A stretch of 63,844 nt of DNA, filler included, from Pelomyxa schiedti (GCA_020536535.1; 13 parts of 13 records of this genome joined end to end with filler, not necessarily neighbours in it), one strand, 5' to 3'. Counted from the whole stretch's first letter, positions 32,796 through 46,312 are shown. The notes: generated by a model not told the origin, from the sequence alone. Numbers and translations are program-made.

Positions 32796-35700
32796 CTAGA
32801 AGCAGAGGTTTGATGGTGCCTTGATGCATATCTTGCATAGGAAGCCATCAGACAAGTTGTCGATGAGCCACTCCAGCTCCCGGTTGGCGTTGCTGCTAGC
32901 GTTGTTGTTGTTGTTGTTGGTGGTTGCCGTGATGCTGCTGGCCGATGGCCCAGGAATAGTCGTCGGTGCCAGCGCGGTTGGTGTTGATGACGTTGTTGTT
33001 GGTGGTGCTGATGATGCTTGTGATAACGACGATGTGCCGGTTGCTGCTGCTGCTGCTCCTGTTGTTGTTGTTGGTTGTGGTGGGGTAGAAGATGGAATTC
33101 TGACTGTCGAATCGGAATCGGTGTGGTTGGGGTATGGGTATTTCGGGGTTGGTGATGGAAGCGGGCTGGTTCGGTGCTCTTTGTTTGTTGTGGTCGTGGT
33201 TCTTGCTGTTCTTCTTGATGATGCGGAGTTTGGGTCATTGGCTCCCGGCGAGGATGATGGTGGTACTTTGACCAGGAAGGCTACTTTGTAAGCGGTGCAG
33301 ATATTGGCCGCGGAGCCCCCGTACACAAGCGTGGCTGGGATTTGTTGGCTGGCATCATCCAGGCCGCTGCAGACGACGAGGGGGGCGTCCACCACGATGG
33401 CGGCGCCGTCGGCTGTTGCTGACACGTGAGATACTGATGTGTGGTGGTGCTGTGTGGTGGACACAATCCCGGCTCCCGGGAGTAGTGTGAAGTCATTGAC
33501 CACGCTGCACCGGCCCCAGCCGCCAACGCACACGCCGTGGTAGACAGTGGGCCACAGAGATAGCGGTGTGTCCAGCGGAGATATCCGCGGCGTTGCGGAC
33601 TGTGTGGGAAGGTTAGTTGGCTGTGTTGGTTTTGGAGTGGGGAGATTCTTGGCTTACCTTGATTCCGAACATCATCCACCCGGTGCTCTTGGAATCGCGC
33701 TTTAGTGCCGTGATTTGGTTTGGTGTGGCTGCGTGAAGTGACGGGGAGACGGAGGTATTTCTTAGAGGTGGGGAAACGGGTCGGATGCAAGGTGAGGTGT
33801 TTGGGGATGTTGATGGTGTTGATGGAGCGGGTAATATAAGGGGTAAAGGCTGCTGTGGCCGGCAGTCAATGTCCAATGTTTTGTCTAGTCTCCTCATGTC
33901 AAAGCACACATCGCGGGTAAGCCGAGTGCTCTCGATAACCATCTCACAAAATTGTGGAATGAATGCAGCTGGACCTGGCGATTGTTATTAGTGTTGACAG
34001 GTGTATAATTTTGAGGTGAACCTTCTTTGGTGATGTGGAATTCACTGAGAGGAACCCACATTCCACCTATTTTCGCCATGAGCCTCTGTGTCTCGGGACA
34101 GAAGTATTCAGGGGGCTCTTTTATTATCAAAGAGGGAAATGGTGGTGTAAGCTCCATTGCTGCAATGCTCCGTTGGGGGATTATTGATGGAGCTGCCGAT
34201 TTCTGTGGGGTCAAGGGAGAAAGGGACACCGTGTGCGTGGCAATGGTGGATGTATGCCCAAGATCTCTGGCTGTTGTGTGGTTTTTGTTGTTGTTGTTGT
34301 TGTTGTTGAGAGTTAGCCAGCAAGATAAAAAGGGAGCATGTTACAAATGTGAGCATCCATCAGTCTGACAACCTCCGTTTCAAAGGCTTATTGAACAGTT
34401 TTTGAGTAAGGAAAGAGAGGAGAGTAGTTGTATTCACCTGTTGCAATGCCGTGGAGGACGGCATTGACAGTAATGGCAGCTGACGCAATGGCAGAGTTCA
34501 CACTTAAGCAACCATGCTGACATTTCCTCGTGTACTCCTCCTGAAGAGCCCGCATTTTTTCCTTGGTAAAGAGTCACCTCGGGAAGAGGAAAAAAGGAAA
34601 TTACCTGCAGTATTGCTTTTTCTGCAAGTAAGACATTAATCTGAGCTTGTTGATTGACCATTTCCTCAGATTGAACTTGTTTCACAGCTTGTACCAGCAT
34701 GACACATCTTACCGGGTGAAAAGGAGTGTTATTTAAAGCGCGATCAGTGACTCCTGAGAGCAGTGCCTGTTGTTCTGGAGTGCTGAGTGAACTCTTGGAG
34801 AGAATAGTCTTGAAGAAACTAACAACATCAGAAGCTAGAAAGAAATGGTGAGAAAAAGCAGGAAAAGGAGGAGTAGGAGAAATTCATCTGACATACGTTT
34901 TTTGGTGGCAAGAAGACCGAAAGTGTCAGGAATGTCAGGAGGTGTTACATTTTCCAGTGGTGCCGTTGTAGGGAATTTGCGGTCTGAATTTTCGGGTTGT
35001 GGTGGGTCTGATGGCACGTTACTGCGAAAGGAGGAAAAAAGTTTTGAGGATGAAGAAGCTGGCGCGGAGCTCTCCGTGTTCAGAGTTACTCTTCGGGCAG
35101 AATAGGCAGAATAACCAATTATAACGCGAAGATTGGCAAGTAAAGTGTCAAGCAGTGTGTCTATTCCATGTATGTCATCTCATTGGTATTTCAAAGATAC
35201 TTTGCATACCACGAGTCCACTGAGATAACATGGGCATACAAATGGAACCATCAGGGAAGACCTGAAGAGGAATAAGTGGTGCATAAACAGTGACGTGTTT
35301 ACATTGACATATCCTTTATGGAAATCGAGGTTGGGAGATAAAAGCCTGATGCCAGGTTTGTTATCAGGGAAGTCAAATCCAAATGATACAGCTAGTGTTA
35401 CAATAGCCCGATGTGGATCAAGTAAAGGGAAGACTGGAAATTTGCTGTTGTACTGCATATCTACCAGCCAAGACTTCATATCGTTGTTATCCAACTTTAT
35501 GCTAATTCCCTAAAAGATTTATGTAAGGGTGAAGCTGCAGATGAAGTAGTTTTGATACTGGGAGACTGGCACAAGCTTTCAACGCTTGCAGTAACACTGA
35601 TTGCGAGGACAGGTAAACACGCTTCTACGAGGGAAGTTAGGTAACCAACAGAGGAGAGTAAACTCACTGTGATTGAACTAACAAAAGAAGTTGATGGAGG

Positions 35701-37884
35701 CGATTGAACAAACTTTAGCATAGATTCAGCAGTTTGACTGGAGGTCAAACGGTAACACTCATATGTAGCTTGTTGTACATAAATAATACTTTCCTGCTGG
35801 GATAAAGAATCACTTATTTCTTTCTGGTTGTTCAGTTAGATCAATTTATATGAGGATGGTAACATATGACTTCGAAAAAATGTGGTAATTCGCTTCTCTT
35901 TCAGCAGCACAATAGTACAAAGCCAGTTCCTTTCCAAATAGAGTTTGACAAGGGCGAATGTCTGTGCGATGATTAATTTGGTAGAGACTATGTATTTTAT
36001 TGGGTCACAAATTGGCTGCAGTAACATTTGTGTATCTCCACTTGTGCCTCGCTTCTGCAAAAGTTCGTTTTCAGATAGTATTTTCTAGCCGTATTAAGAG
36101 AAGAAAAGTGGGTACCGGCGATACCAACCAAGGTGTGTCTCGGGAAGTGAAGTGTACCAAAGCCAAGAGTGATGGTAATAGGTCGTTCCTGAATTGACTT
36201 TAGTGCATGGATGCCAAACTCCAAAGATAACGCACAGGTGTGAAAGCTACAGCAGGTGGCTCAAGGAGTGGCTCAACAAATCGTAAGTGGACAATATCTC
36301 CACCAACAACACCCAGATCTGTCATTGTAGTTGTTGGGTGTAATCCTCTGAAACTCAAAAAGTTTCCACCAATCTGTAGGCCCACAGGTGACAAGAGGCT
36401 ATCGGGTGTGTCCCCTCTCTCCAGGTTGATTGATGTGAAATCGGAAATGGTGGAATCGGACAATAAGTACGAGAAAAGGAGCGGTAACAGGCAGGTGGTA
36501 GTTGTAGCTGTGAGGGATAGTGTGGCCATGGCGGTGCTTACTGTGGTGCAAGTCGGGAGTGGGACTGGTGTGTCCAGGTGTGAGCTAAGAGGCGTTGAAA
36601 GTAGTTGAGAAAAAAAAGAAGCAGGAGTGTAAGAGCTCCCGCTCTCAACTGGGGGAAGGGCAAGTGGTTGGAGAGGGACAAGAGGTAGAATTTGGCACTT
36701 AGTTGAATTGATTTTGGTCCAACAGCATGTTTGCAGCTCCTGCATATAATTACGCTCTTAAGGTGGTACATAAGCAACTATGTATTTACCTTGTATGGAT
36801 GTGGAGTTGGAATTGCAGTTGTTAGCAGGGCAAAAAGTACAGAGCCAACTGTGTGCTTTGCACTTCCATCAGGATTTTGTGGGGGCGGTGGTATTAATGT
36901 CTGGTTTACCCCCCGTTCCAAAAAGAAGCAATCGGCCTCAAATAGTACAATGACTTGGAAAGGGAGAACCAGTGGACTGCATTTTGTAAGAATAAATAAG
37001 GAAAATGCGCCAGCTTTGGCAATACGAACAGCTTCAGAAGAAGCAGCAATTTCAATACTTCGATGAGTAGGTTTCCATTCTCAGAGCATTCCTTTGGTAT
37101 AGCAACCCCTTTGTAATTGTTAGACAGTTGAAAGAGTCCTTACATTTCATTCACCATTTATAGCAAGAACGAGGTTTTGCATTACACTCACGTCTTCCAA
37201 AACGACTTGAGCTAAGTATTGCTTTATCTGTTGTGCATCAGTAATTTACTCCCAGAAAACAACTTTCTTACAGTGGCTATTGTTACAGATGGGTCAATGA
37301 ATGTGAAAGTCCTCCTTGATGGAGCTCGCGGGAATTCAAACAAAAAAGGTGGCTTTGTTATCAACCCAAGTAAGAAAAGGTATTGTATTCACGGCCAACA
37401 CAGAAAATGCAATATAATATTCTTATACAATTATAAAATTACTTACATTTGATATTTAAACTTTTATGGTACTTTGGAGTACAGGCACGCGCACACATAC
37501 CTTGCCCTCGAGAACCGAGGCCAGCAGCTCCCCCTGGGGTGTCTCCAGTATGCTCTTGGCATCAGCCGCCACGATGCACCCGCCCCCCAGCGCAGCCCCC
37601 ACCCCGGTCCCCGTCCCCTGCTGCTGCTGGTCCTGCCTGCCGCCCCCGCCCCCGCCCCCCTCCGCCGCCTCCGTGCCGCCTTCAGCCCCCCCTCCGCTCC
37701 CTGTCCCGCTGCTGCCGCCCTCCTCCGCCTGCACCCCGGACGACGGGGAGGACGAGGGGTAATGCGAGGAGGCGGGGGCAGGGGGCCAGCCCCACGGGGC
37801 CGCGCCACCGTCGTAGTCCACAAACGAGCACCGCGAGGTGTGGTACATTGCGCGCAGGGCAGCCACCAGCACACGCCGATCCAT
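32796..37884 (-). CDS. Large multi-exon protein: ubiquitin-like domain(s), UBC/E2 domain, coiled coil, low-complexity region, terminal CxxC (incomplete RING)
   Basis: Start MDRRVLVAAL at 37884; Ubl-like LHPTTTMTDLGVVGGDIVHL (~36280-36340); E2 exons GISIKLDNNDMKSWLVDM..SFGFDFPDNKPGIRLLSP..GYVN|VFPDGSICMPMLSQW (Cys codon 35238-35240); end ELEWLIDNLSDGFLCKICIKAPSNLCF*. Continuity as one gene was inferred by manual splicing. Confidence 0.55.
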
Positions 37885-38005
37885 CTATCCACCACTTCAA
37901 TCAACAATCAACCTCCAAAACAAAGGTATGGGTCGGAGTTAGCCGAAAACAATCAATTTTATTGGGCTTTTTTGTGTTTATGAATGTCTGTGATAGGGGT
38001 GCTGC

Positions 38006-39302
38006 TTAGGAACTTGAACTTGAAGCAGAGGGGAGTGTTGGTGTTGGTAGGGGCTTTGGCTTGTTGGTTGTTGCTTCTTCAGTGTTTGATTTTGTTCTTG
38101 GGCGTTTGGTCTTGGTACCCTCTGGTTCTTGGGAAGTGCTTGTGGTGGTTGTGCTTTGTTCCGCTGTGGATGATGGTGTAGATTCTGTGCCGGTGGTGGC
38201 ATCTTCTGGTTTCTTGGCTTTGGAATGTTTGGATTTCCTTTTCCGGTCTTTTTGTTGTAGTTGTATTGTTTGGTACCGCTTTTTGTTCATCTCGGCATAT
38301 TCCACATTAATGGGGTTCAGCATGACCCACATGGACTTGGTGTACACAATCCCGCACAAGGGACAAACATCCTGCTCCTTTGATATTCCTGTTGGTTGCT
38401 GTTGTTGCGGAGAACTGGCGGTGGTAGTTGTGACCGGTGTTTGGGCTGCAGCACTGGCTGTTGGTTTGGATGATGTGGAAGTGGTTGTTGATGTTGAGGT
38501 GCTTAGCGATTTTGTTGGTTTGTTGGTTTGAGCGTCAGTGAGACCAACCAGTGATTTTTCAGCAAAACAGTGCCCACACTCTGGTATTGTGATGAATTGG
38601 TGTACTCCATTGCTCTCCAGACCGGTGACTGGGCAAACAAACGGGGCCGCGTCACTGGCACCATCTCCGGAGTCCCTGGCAACAATCTTTCCATCAGCAC
38701 CGGTCTCGGCAGCGACGAAAGCGGGGTTCGGAACAAGCTTCACGGCAAACACATCACGCAGTGACCGTATATGAGCAAACACTCCGCCGCCATTTGAGTC
38801 AGAGGAATCACGCTTTCTCGTAGATTCGAACCTCTGTGTGCCGCACAAGTATTCCACAACAGAATCGCGGTTGTATACATGCCCCATTGCACATGCCACA
38901 ATAGGCTCCCTCAATGGCTCCCCAGACAGTGCGCATGCACTCCACCTGTACATCGTATCGTAAATAAATATATATATCTATGCCACACTGATTTTGTTTT
39001 GTTTTGTTTTGGTATTTTAACAACTACTTCACTTTTACTTTTAATAATAGGCGGTATTAAGTTATCAGCACAGAGGCGCGGATGCATCCAACACAAACAA
39101 CAATTATGGGATTGCGCCGTAGGGACACACACCGGAGCCTCGCTAGCTCGTGGCGCTGTGCCATCGACTGCTCGCGAGGGGCGCTCGTGACGTCGACGAC
39201 GCCGCCACGCGTGGACTTGGACTTGTCTCGTTGTATGAGTTGCCACGAGCTCCGCCTAAGTATGTCCGACCGTGTCGGCAACGTGCCTCCGTCTAGTCCC
39301 AT
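38006..39302 (-). CDS. RTF2: Replication termination factor 2 (Rtf2 RING-like), 2 exons
   Basis: MGLDGGTLPTRSDILR..., RWSACALSGEPLREPIVACAMGHVYNRDSVVEYL, HIRSLRDVF, FVCPVTGLESNG, ECGHCF are characteristic Rtf2 motifs. Confidence 0.92.
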
Positions 39303-39408
39303 GTCTCTGAGCAGTAGCTGCAGATAAAAGGTGTATTGATCAGGGAACCTGATTTCCCCGCGAAAACTCCACGGCGGAACGCAAACCAGCAAACGAAACG
39401 AAATCCAA

Positions 39409-41421
39409 GTGATGGACAACGACGTTGACGCCACGCGTGGGGTATTGGGGCTATACCCAGACCTAGCCGACGACGACCGCAACAACGACGACAGCAGATG
39501 CACCGACACCGACACCAACACCACCACTACCACACAACAACAGCCAGAACAACAACCAACAGAGGCCCCAGCCTGCAGCAGCAGCAACAACCAAGGAGGG
39601 GCACACGAGGGAGGGGAAGGAGAGGGGGACATCCTGTGGGACCTCATCAACGGCGGCGTGGGCATCGACGCCCTCACCGACGGCGTGCGCGCCGGAGCCG
39701 GCCGCCCCGACGACGCCGACGAGGGCTTGGTCGCCAGCGCCCCCCCGCTGCCCCGCGGCAAGCCCGAGGCCGACGCGCCAGGCAGCAGCGACGGCGAGGA
39801 CGAGGACGATGGGCACGCGGCGGGGCCCGGCGGGGTCGTGAGCGCCGACGGGGGCGTCGGCGACATCGACCGGGTGCACGGGGAGGACCTCCACGTCCCC
39901 TGCTACCCCCTCGCGGGGGGCGGCGAGTTCGCGCCGTCGGCGCCCGCCCCGACGCTGAGGATGGACTGCCCGGCGAACCTCCCTGGGCAGCAGCCGTTCT
40001 ACGACCCAAGCTACGAGGCCTACCTGGCGCAGCCGCAGCAGCACCTGAGCTACATTTTCCCGCCGCCTCCCGACCCCGCCGCCGGTCCCACAATCCCGGT
40101 CGACGGTAGCAACCACGCCCACAAGAGCCACCACAACCACCACCGCGAGGAGGAGCTCCAGGGGAGCACATTCCAACCTCCTCCAACAAGGGCTTCCTTC
40201 GCTGTCAATGTCACTGTCACATCCGCCGCACCATCACCAATTGCGGTACCCCTCACGAAAACGCCTGTGCCTGTGCCTGTGCCTACCCCTGTAACTACAA
40301 CTACAGCTTCTTCGTCTTCTTCCAATCTTCGCAAGTACTCAACACCTGCCAACTATCTCGCGCCACCGTCACGCTCTCCCCAACACACAGTTGTACAGGC
40401 TCCTGTATATGACGATTTTGTACGAGACTTACTTGGCGAATCAGATAGAGTTCAAAGCCTGGTGTCCCGCGACCTGAGTGGCTCTGCTGTTTATCACCCA
40501 TATTTGTACGCTAAACAACAGCAGCAGATGAAGCAGCAACAGCAGCAACAGCACCACCAGTTGCAGCAGGGTATTGAAATGAAAGAATTTGCAGAAAGTG
40601 CTCCGCTATCCCCACAGAATCATCACGACTACCAGACTTCGGATGATGACCGGGAAAAGAGGAAACACCATCACCACCACCACAAGGAAGGGAAAGGACG
40701 CAAGCGATCCCGCAGTCCTGATGACTCAGATGATGAAGAAGCTGCAAAGGATAAGAGTGTGTGTAGAAAGAAATGTTCAGCAGTATGCGGTGTTGTACTA
40801 TCCTTGATCATATTAGTTTCTGGAGCCATTGGTAATAATGGCTTTTCTTCTTCTTGGAAACATTCTGATTCCTTGTAGGTGCTGGTGTTTACACTATTAT
40901 TTATCAAGATTGCTGGCTGATTTTTGCTTCCGCAGCCAGCGGCACTGCCAGTGGCTCAGATAATTGTGTATCCTTAGTAGTTTATTTGTGGTATGGCGTA
41001 ATAGCAGGCGTTGCTTGCTTGGGTATAATGTGGTTCTCCCTGTTTTGTATTCTGTTCACAACCGCCTTCTCGAGTGGATTCAGGTATTGCTTTTCCACTT
41101 CTCTCAAATTCAAGTGAACTACATGGCTAAATTCCCTAAAGGTGTGCAACAACATTATGCGGAATTACCGGTCTTCTTGGGGTAGCCGGAGTCACGGGCT
41201 ATCTGACTTATATGGTTGTGTTCCCTTGGCCCTACGGAACTTCCCAGTATTCCTTTGGTATCACATCACCATCATACCGGATTCACCCGAACTCACAACT
41301 AACAGGTGACTACTACTGGTTTTTATGTGGCTCTGCCGCAGCGGCCATAGTTTCAGTCATTTTGGCTGTTATTCTTCAGACATGCCTCTCTGAGTCTAAA
41401 AAGAACCCAAACGACATGTGA
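39409..41421 (+). CDS. Hypothetical membrane protein: long disordered N-terminus and several C-terminal TM helices
   Basis: 489-aa ORF ending in hydrophobic CGVVLSLIILVSGAIG; further hydrophobic exons (VSLVVYLWYGVIAGVACL; FLCGSAAAAIVSVILAVILQTCL) to stop 41421. Confidence 0.65.
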
Positions 41422-41522
41422 TATTGTGCCACAACAACACAACAAACGCCAGTAGTTCAGTGTTAATAGCAGAATAAAAGAAGTGAAGTATTTTATTGGT
41501 GTTGTGTTACTAAAAGTCCTTC

Positions 41523-42737
41523 TCAAAGGTCTGAACTAGACTTTGTTGTTGCAGAAGAGGATGTGGTTGTAGTGGTGGATGTGACTGCCGTTGTAGTTAC
41601 CTCTGTGGATGGTGTTGCCGTTTCTGCGGTATCTTCCGAATCAGGGGCCAGCTTTCCTAGCTTTATCAGCATGGCTCGCTGGGCTTTGCGCTCGTATGAG
41701 CGAATGTCCTCTATGGACATTCCGTACCAGTCATCAAGCCAGCAGAAACACTGTCGGTGGGACTGGAGAAAAACTTCCCGCAGTGCACGCTGATGAATCA
41801 GGGCCTCCCCGCGAGCTAGTGGTTATGTGAGTGGTAATGGTAATTGCACAGCTACACACTTTGAAATCCCCACCACCGAAATTCGGCGATGCAGAGCTTG
41901 TAGGAGCACATCACTGGTGTTGGTGAATGCGACAACCAGTCAGGTTTAAGTGGTCCGCGTCCTGTCTGTTTCTGTGAGGACACTCCCAAGGATGGAAGTG
42001 AAGCATACTTTCTTCGATGCGTAAAGTGCAGGGTCCTCTTCAGGGATATACTTTGAAGGGTCAATGGGGTCTGTAGCAATATTTACAACCTTCCAGCGTA
42101 TTAATTTTGCATTTCCAGGTGGTTGCGGAGTACCTCAACAGTTCTTTGCCTTAACATGTCCGCATCAAGGTTGTGAATGTTGTCCTGAGTGCCAGAGTCA
42201 GCGGCATATCTTGTGATGATCTCAAGACGCAATCTGTCCCCGAGCCATGTATTCTGAGGAGGGAAAAAAATTAATCACATGGTACAAGAGGTGTAAATAC
42301 TTTATAAACCGTCTTGCAATACGGGAATGCGTTCCACGCCTCCTCGTACACCTAAAATCTGTGAGTACCTTGAAGAATTAATATTCTCAAACCCAAAATT
42401 ACCTCCAAAAGTGTGGGAGGAAGGATTGCAGCCACCCAGCCGGGTACTCTCGACCCGAATTTATACAGTTTGAGAGTGTACTGCCCCGTTCCAGTGGCAT
42501 CAGAATATGGCTCGTTTTTAAGCACTTCAATGCCCTCCCCATTCGCCGTCTCGTTCACACTCACCTGAATAAAAAAATTGGTGGTTGCGATGAATGTGTT
42601 TTTGCAGGAGCAAAAGGAGCATGAGGAAGGAGATGTATGAGGCATGAACATACCTTTGCGACCATGTATAACTGCCCAATGCGGTACTCGTCCAACGAGA
42701 CCGGCATTGGTATCCTGTACTCCTTTATCAACACCAT
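41523..42737 (-). CDS. Class I phosphatidylinositol transfer protein (PITP alpha/beta family), multi-exon
   Basis: [77 protein letters not shown]. Confidence 0.95.
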
Positions 42738-42969
42738 CCCAAACACTCTATGTTCGCTGTGTGTGCGGATCTAGATACTACGCTGTTGTGTTCAAAACCA
42801 CAACCCCCGATGGTTTTTCTTTTTTTTGTTTTCGGTTTTTCCGGTAGTCTTGATCGTCGTTGACACCCCACGACCAACAACCCAATCCCTTTTCTGAGTG
42901 TCCCAGCAGCACAGAAGCATAAGATTGGAAAGCAAGAGAAAGAAGAGTGTTTTGATTTCGTCATGAAAC

Positions 42970-44500
42970 TTAAGTGGGGGTGCTTGGTCCCAGAATCAAT
43001 TTCGGGAAATGGAACTTCCTGTGGAACTTCTTCGGGTTGAGGCAGGAACCCCAGCCACCCTTCCTGTGGCAGCTTCCCTCGTGGCACGCGCGCCCGTTTG
43101 CTATGCAGCCACACTGGCTCTTGGTGCCCTCCTGGCAGCACCCCCTCTTGGAGCACGTGCACGGCTTGAACTGCGAGGGCGAGGGAAGCGGGTGCGGGTG
43201 GGTCGCTATGTGCTCGTCGTCTATGTACCCGCTGTCCTCATCGTCCGGGGACGGTACCCAGGGCCGCCAGATCTGGTGGTGGCGGCTGCTGCTGCTGCTG
43301 TGGTTGCTCTTGTGTGTAGTGGTAGTAGTAGTAGTGCTGTGCGGCGGTGGTACTGCTGTGGATGATGGTACTGAGATCGCCTGGTGGGGAGGAGCAAGGG
43401 ATGGCGCTGTGGATGATGGTGGTGGTGGTGGTGATGATGATGATGATGATGTGGTGGAGGATGTTGCAGCAGCTGCCGCCGTGGATGTTGCGGCGGTGGT
43501 TTGGGGTGTTGATAGTGTGGTGGTTGTTGTTGTTGTGGATGATGCGGATGTTGGGGATGGTGTTGTGGTGGTGGTTGCGGAAGCTGTGGTTGAGGTTGAT
43601 GGGGTTGTGTGCGGAACAGTGAGATATGTGCGGGGACGGTGGGGGCGTATTGCGTAGAGGGGGGCGGGTGCTTTTTGTGGCACTGTTGCAATAATAGGCG
43701 AGGGAATAGCTTGTGCGGCTGTGGTGGAAGTTGTTTTTGGTATCTTTGGGGCTGGAGCCTCACCCTCTTCATCACTGGGTTCGGAATTGCTCTGTGAGGA
43801 CGTTAATTAAAAACGCTTGAATGCATAGTCACATACACTATCAATGGTGATGTAATCATCGTTGGGCACATGGGGTTTTGTTGCCACGGTTGATGAGGAA
43901 TTGGTTGATGCGGTTGGTGCAGGTTCGTTATCATTGAGGGGGGGATGTGACAGATTGCAAGCTTGAATATTCAGGAATGAATAGCTTTTCACAAAGTCAA
44001 TTACTTCAGGATCATCCAGGTCCTGACAGGTTACACAAGTGTTATCATTCTTTTCACAAGGTAAGATAGAAAATGGCAGAGAATAGAGGTATACCTGGGC
44101 TTCTCCAATAGGCACTTGGGAAGGATGTTGCTCTGGTGGTGAACGTGGTGAAGCCGATGCTGTCAGAGTTGGAGAGGGGAAATATAGTGGCGAGGGAGGC
44201 GGAGTAGCAACATGGTGAGGAGGTTGATCTGGCTGGATAGCAGAGATGTCATTTGCGGCAAGAGTTGTGAGTGGAGTGGGTTTATCAATAGTGACATCGT
44301 CTCCATGAGTTTGGTGGGTAATGTTATCCCTGATTGGTAAAGGTTAAGGGATGTAGGGTGCTACACGTGACATACATCAGAACGGGTTCACTTGTGGTTT
44401 GGTGATTATCCTGGTGGGGTTTTGGTGGTCCGGGGTAACTTGCCTTCAGGGAACTCACAGGGTGAGGTGCTTGAAGATCTGGCTCTGAACGGGTAGTTGT
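42970..44500 (-). CDS. Low-complexity protein with a C-terminal Cys-rich CXC/tesmin-like motif; start uncertain
   Basis: FKPCTCSKRGCCQEGTKSQCGCIANGRACHEGSCHRKGGWGSCLNPK near the end of ORF 42970-43683; upstream exons at 43807-44115 and ~44150-44330. Confidence 0.55.
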
Positions 44501-44839
44501 TGGAGGGCTCTGTGTGGTATTGTAAATTAGAGTACTCAGTAAGGTGTTTTTACCAGTGGATCACTCCCTCCTTCACTTGAAGAAACAGGAAAGTCCTGAA
44601 CATGTGTACTTAGAGCGCACCCCGTTTTGGCAATCTTTCAAAAATGTTAGATGGCGGAGATTAGAGGCAACCTACCAGGGCTTCCTCAATATGCACAGCA
44701 GCAGGAACCTTGATAGATTCCCGCACCGACAATGGGAGNNNNNNNNNNNNNNNNNNNNNNNNNNNNNNNNNNNNNNNNNNNNNNNNNNNNNNNNNNNNNN
44801 NNNNNNNNNNNNNNNNNNNNNNNNNNNNNNNNNNNNNNC

Positions 44840-45854
44840 AATCTTTCCATCAGCACCGGTCTCGGCAGCGACGAAAGCGGGGTTCGGAACAAGCTTCACG
44901 GCAAACACATCACGCAGTGACCGTATATGAGCAAACACTCCGCCGCCATTTGAGTCAGATGAATCACGCTTTCTCGTAGATTCGAACCTCTGTGTGCCGC
45001 ACAAGTATTCCACAACAGAATCGCGGTTGTATACATGCCCCATTGCACATGCCACGATAGGCTCCCTCAATGGCTCCCCAGACAGTGCGCATGCACTCCA
45101 CCTGTACGTCATATCGTAAATAAATATATCTATGATACCACACTGATTTTGTTTTGGTTTTGGTTTTGTTTTTGTATGTTGTAACTACTACTTCACTTTT
45201 ACTTTTAATAATAGGCGGTGTTAAGTTATCAGCAGAGGCGGATGCATTCAACACAAACAACAATTATGGGATTGCGCCGTAAGGACACACCTGAGCCTCG
45301 CTAGCTCGTGGCGCTGTGCCATCGACTGCTCGCGAGGGGCGCTCGTGACGTCGACGACGCCGCCACGCGTGGACTTGGACTTGTCTCGCTGTATCAGCTG
45401 CCACGAGCTCCGCCTGAGTATGTCCGACCGCGTCGGCAACGTGCCTCCATCTAGTCCCATGTCTCAGAGCAGTAGCTGCAGATAAAAGGGGTATTGATCA
45501 GGGTACCTGATTTCCCCGCGAAAACTCCACTGCAGAACGCAAACCAGCAAACGAAACGAAATCCAAGTGATGGACAACGACGTTGACGCCACACGTGGGG
45601 TCTTGGGGCTATACCCAGACCTAGCCGACGACGACCGCAACAACGACGACAGCAGATGCACCGACACCGACACCAACACTACCACACAACAACAGCCAGA
45701 ACAACCAACAGAGGCCCCAGCCTGCAGCAGCAACAACAACCAAGGAGGGGCACACGAGGGAGGGGAAGGAGAGGGGGACATCCTGTGGGACCTCATCAAC
45801 GGCGGCGTGGGCATCGACGCCCTCACCGACGGCGTGCGCGCCGGAGCCGGCCGC
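44840..45854. repeat. Duplicate of 38680-39710 (RTF2 5' half and start of the divergent membrane-protein gene)
   Basis: MGLDGGTLPTRS (ATG 45460) and MMDNDVDATRG (45567) are repeated with small differences next to an N gap. Confidence 0.9.
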
Positions 45855-46312
45855 NNNNNNNNNNNNNNNNNNNNNNNNNNNNNNNNNNNNNNNNNNNNTT
45901 AATTAATTAANNNNNNNNNNNNNNNNNNNNNNNNNNNNNNNNNNNNNNNNNNNNATCTCGTTTGTCTCTAGTAAGGCCGACGGCGACGTGCTGAACGGCG
46001 TCCAGTCCCGCTTCGTTGTGGAAGTCCCCGAGCTCCCCGATGAGATCGACACGTCGACATACAGTATGCCCCCCCCTCAGCATCCAAACACAACTGCTTA
46101 CCTTCTTTAAGTGGGCTGTTGATTCAACACCGGAGAATTTGATTGAAATTACCTTTTTTTTTCGGTGTGATTTTGTCGCTCTGCTTTCCTTGATGTCGTA
46201 AACATTTTGATTTCAAAGTTTTTTGTCTTGGGCACAAACACCAGGCTCTATTTGTGGAGACTGGCAGTGTTTGTGCGTTGAAGTGTGACTGTCAATGGTT
46301 GTTATTGTGTAC

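Noticed and set aside
31407-45854. Three RTF2 copies as a gene-family expansion
   Set aside because: The extra copies are complementary halves at scaffold ends next to gaps, with only small indels. Best explained as alternate haplotype pieces.
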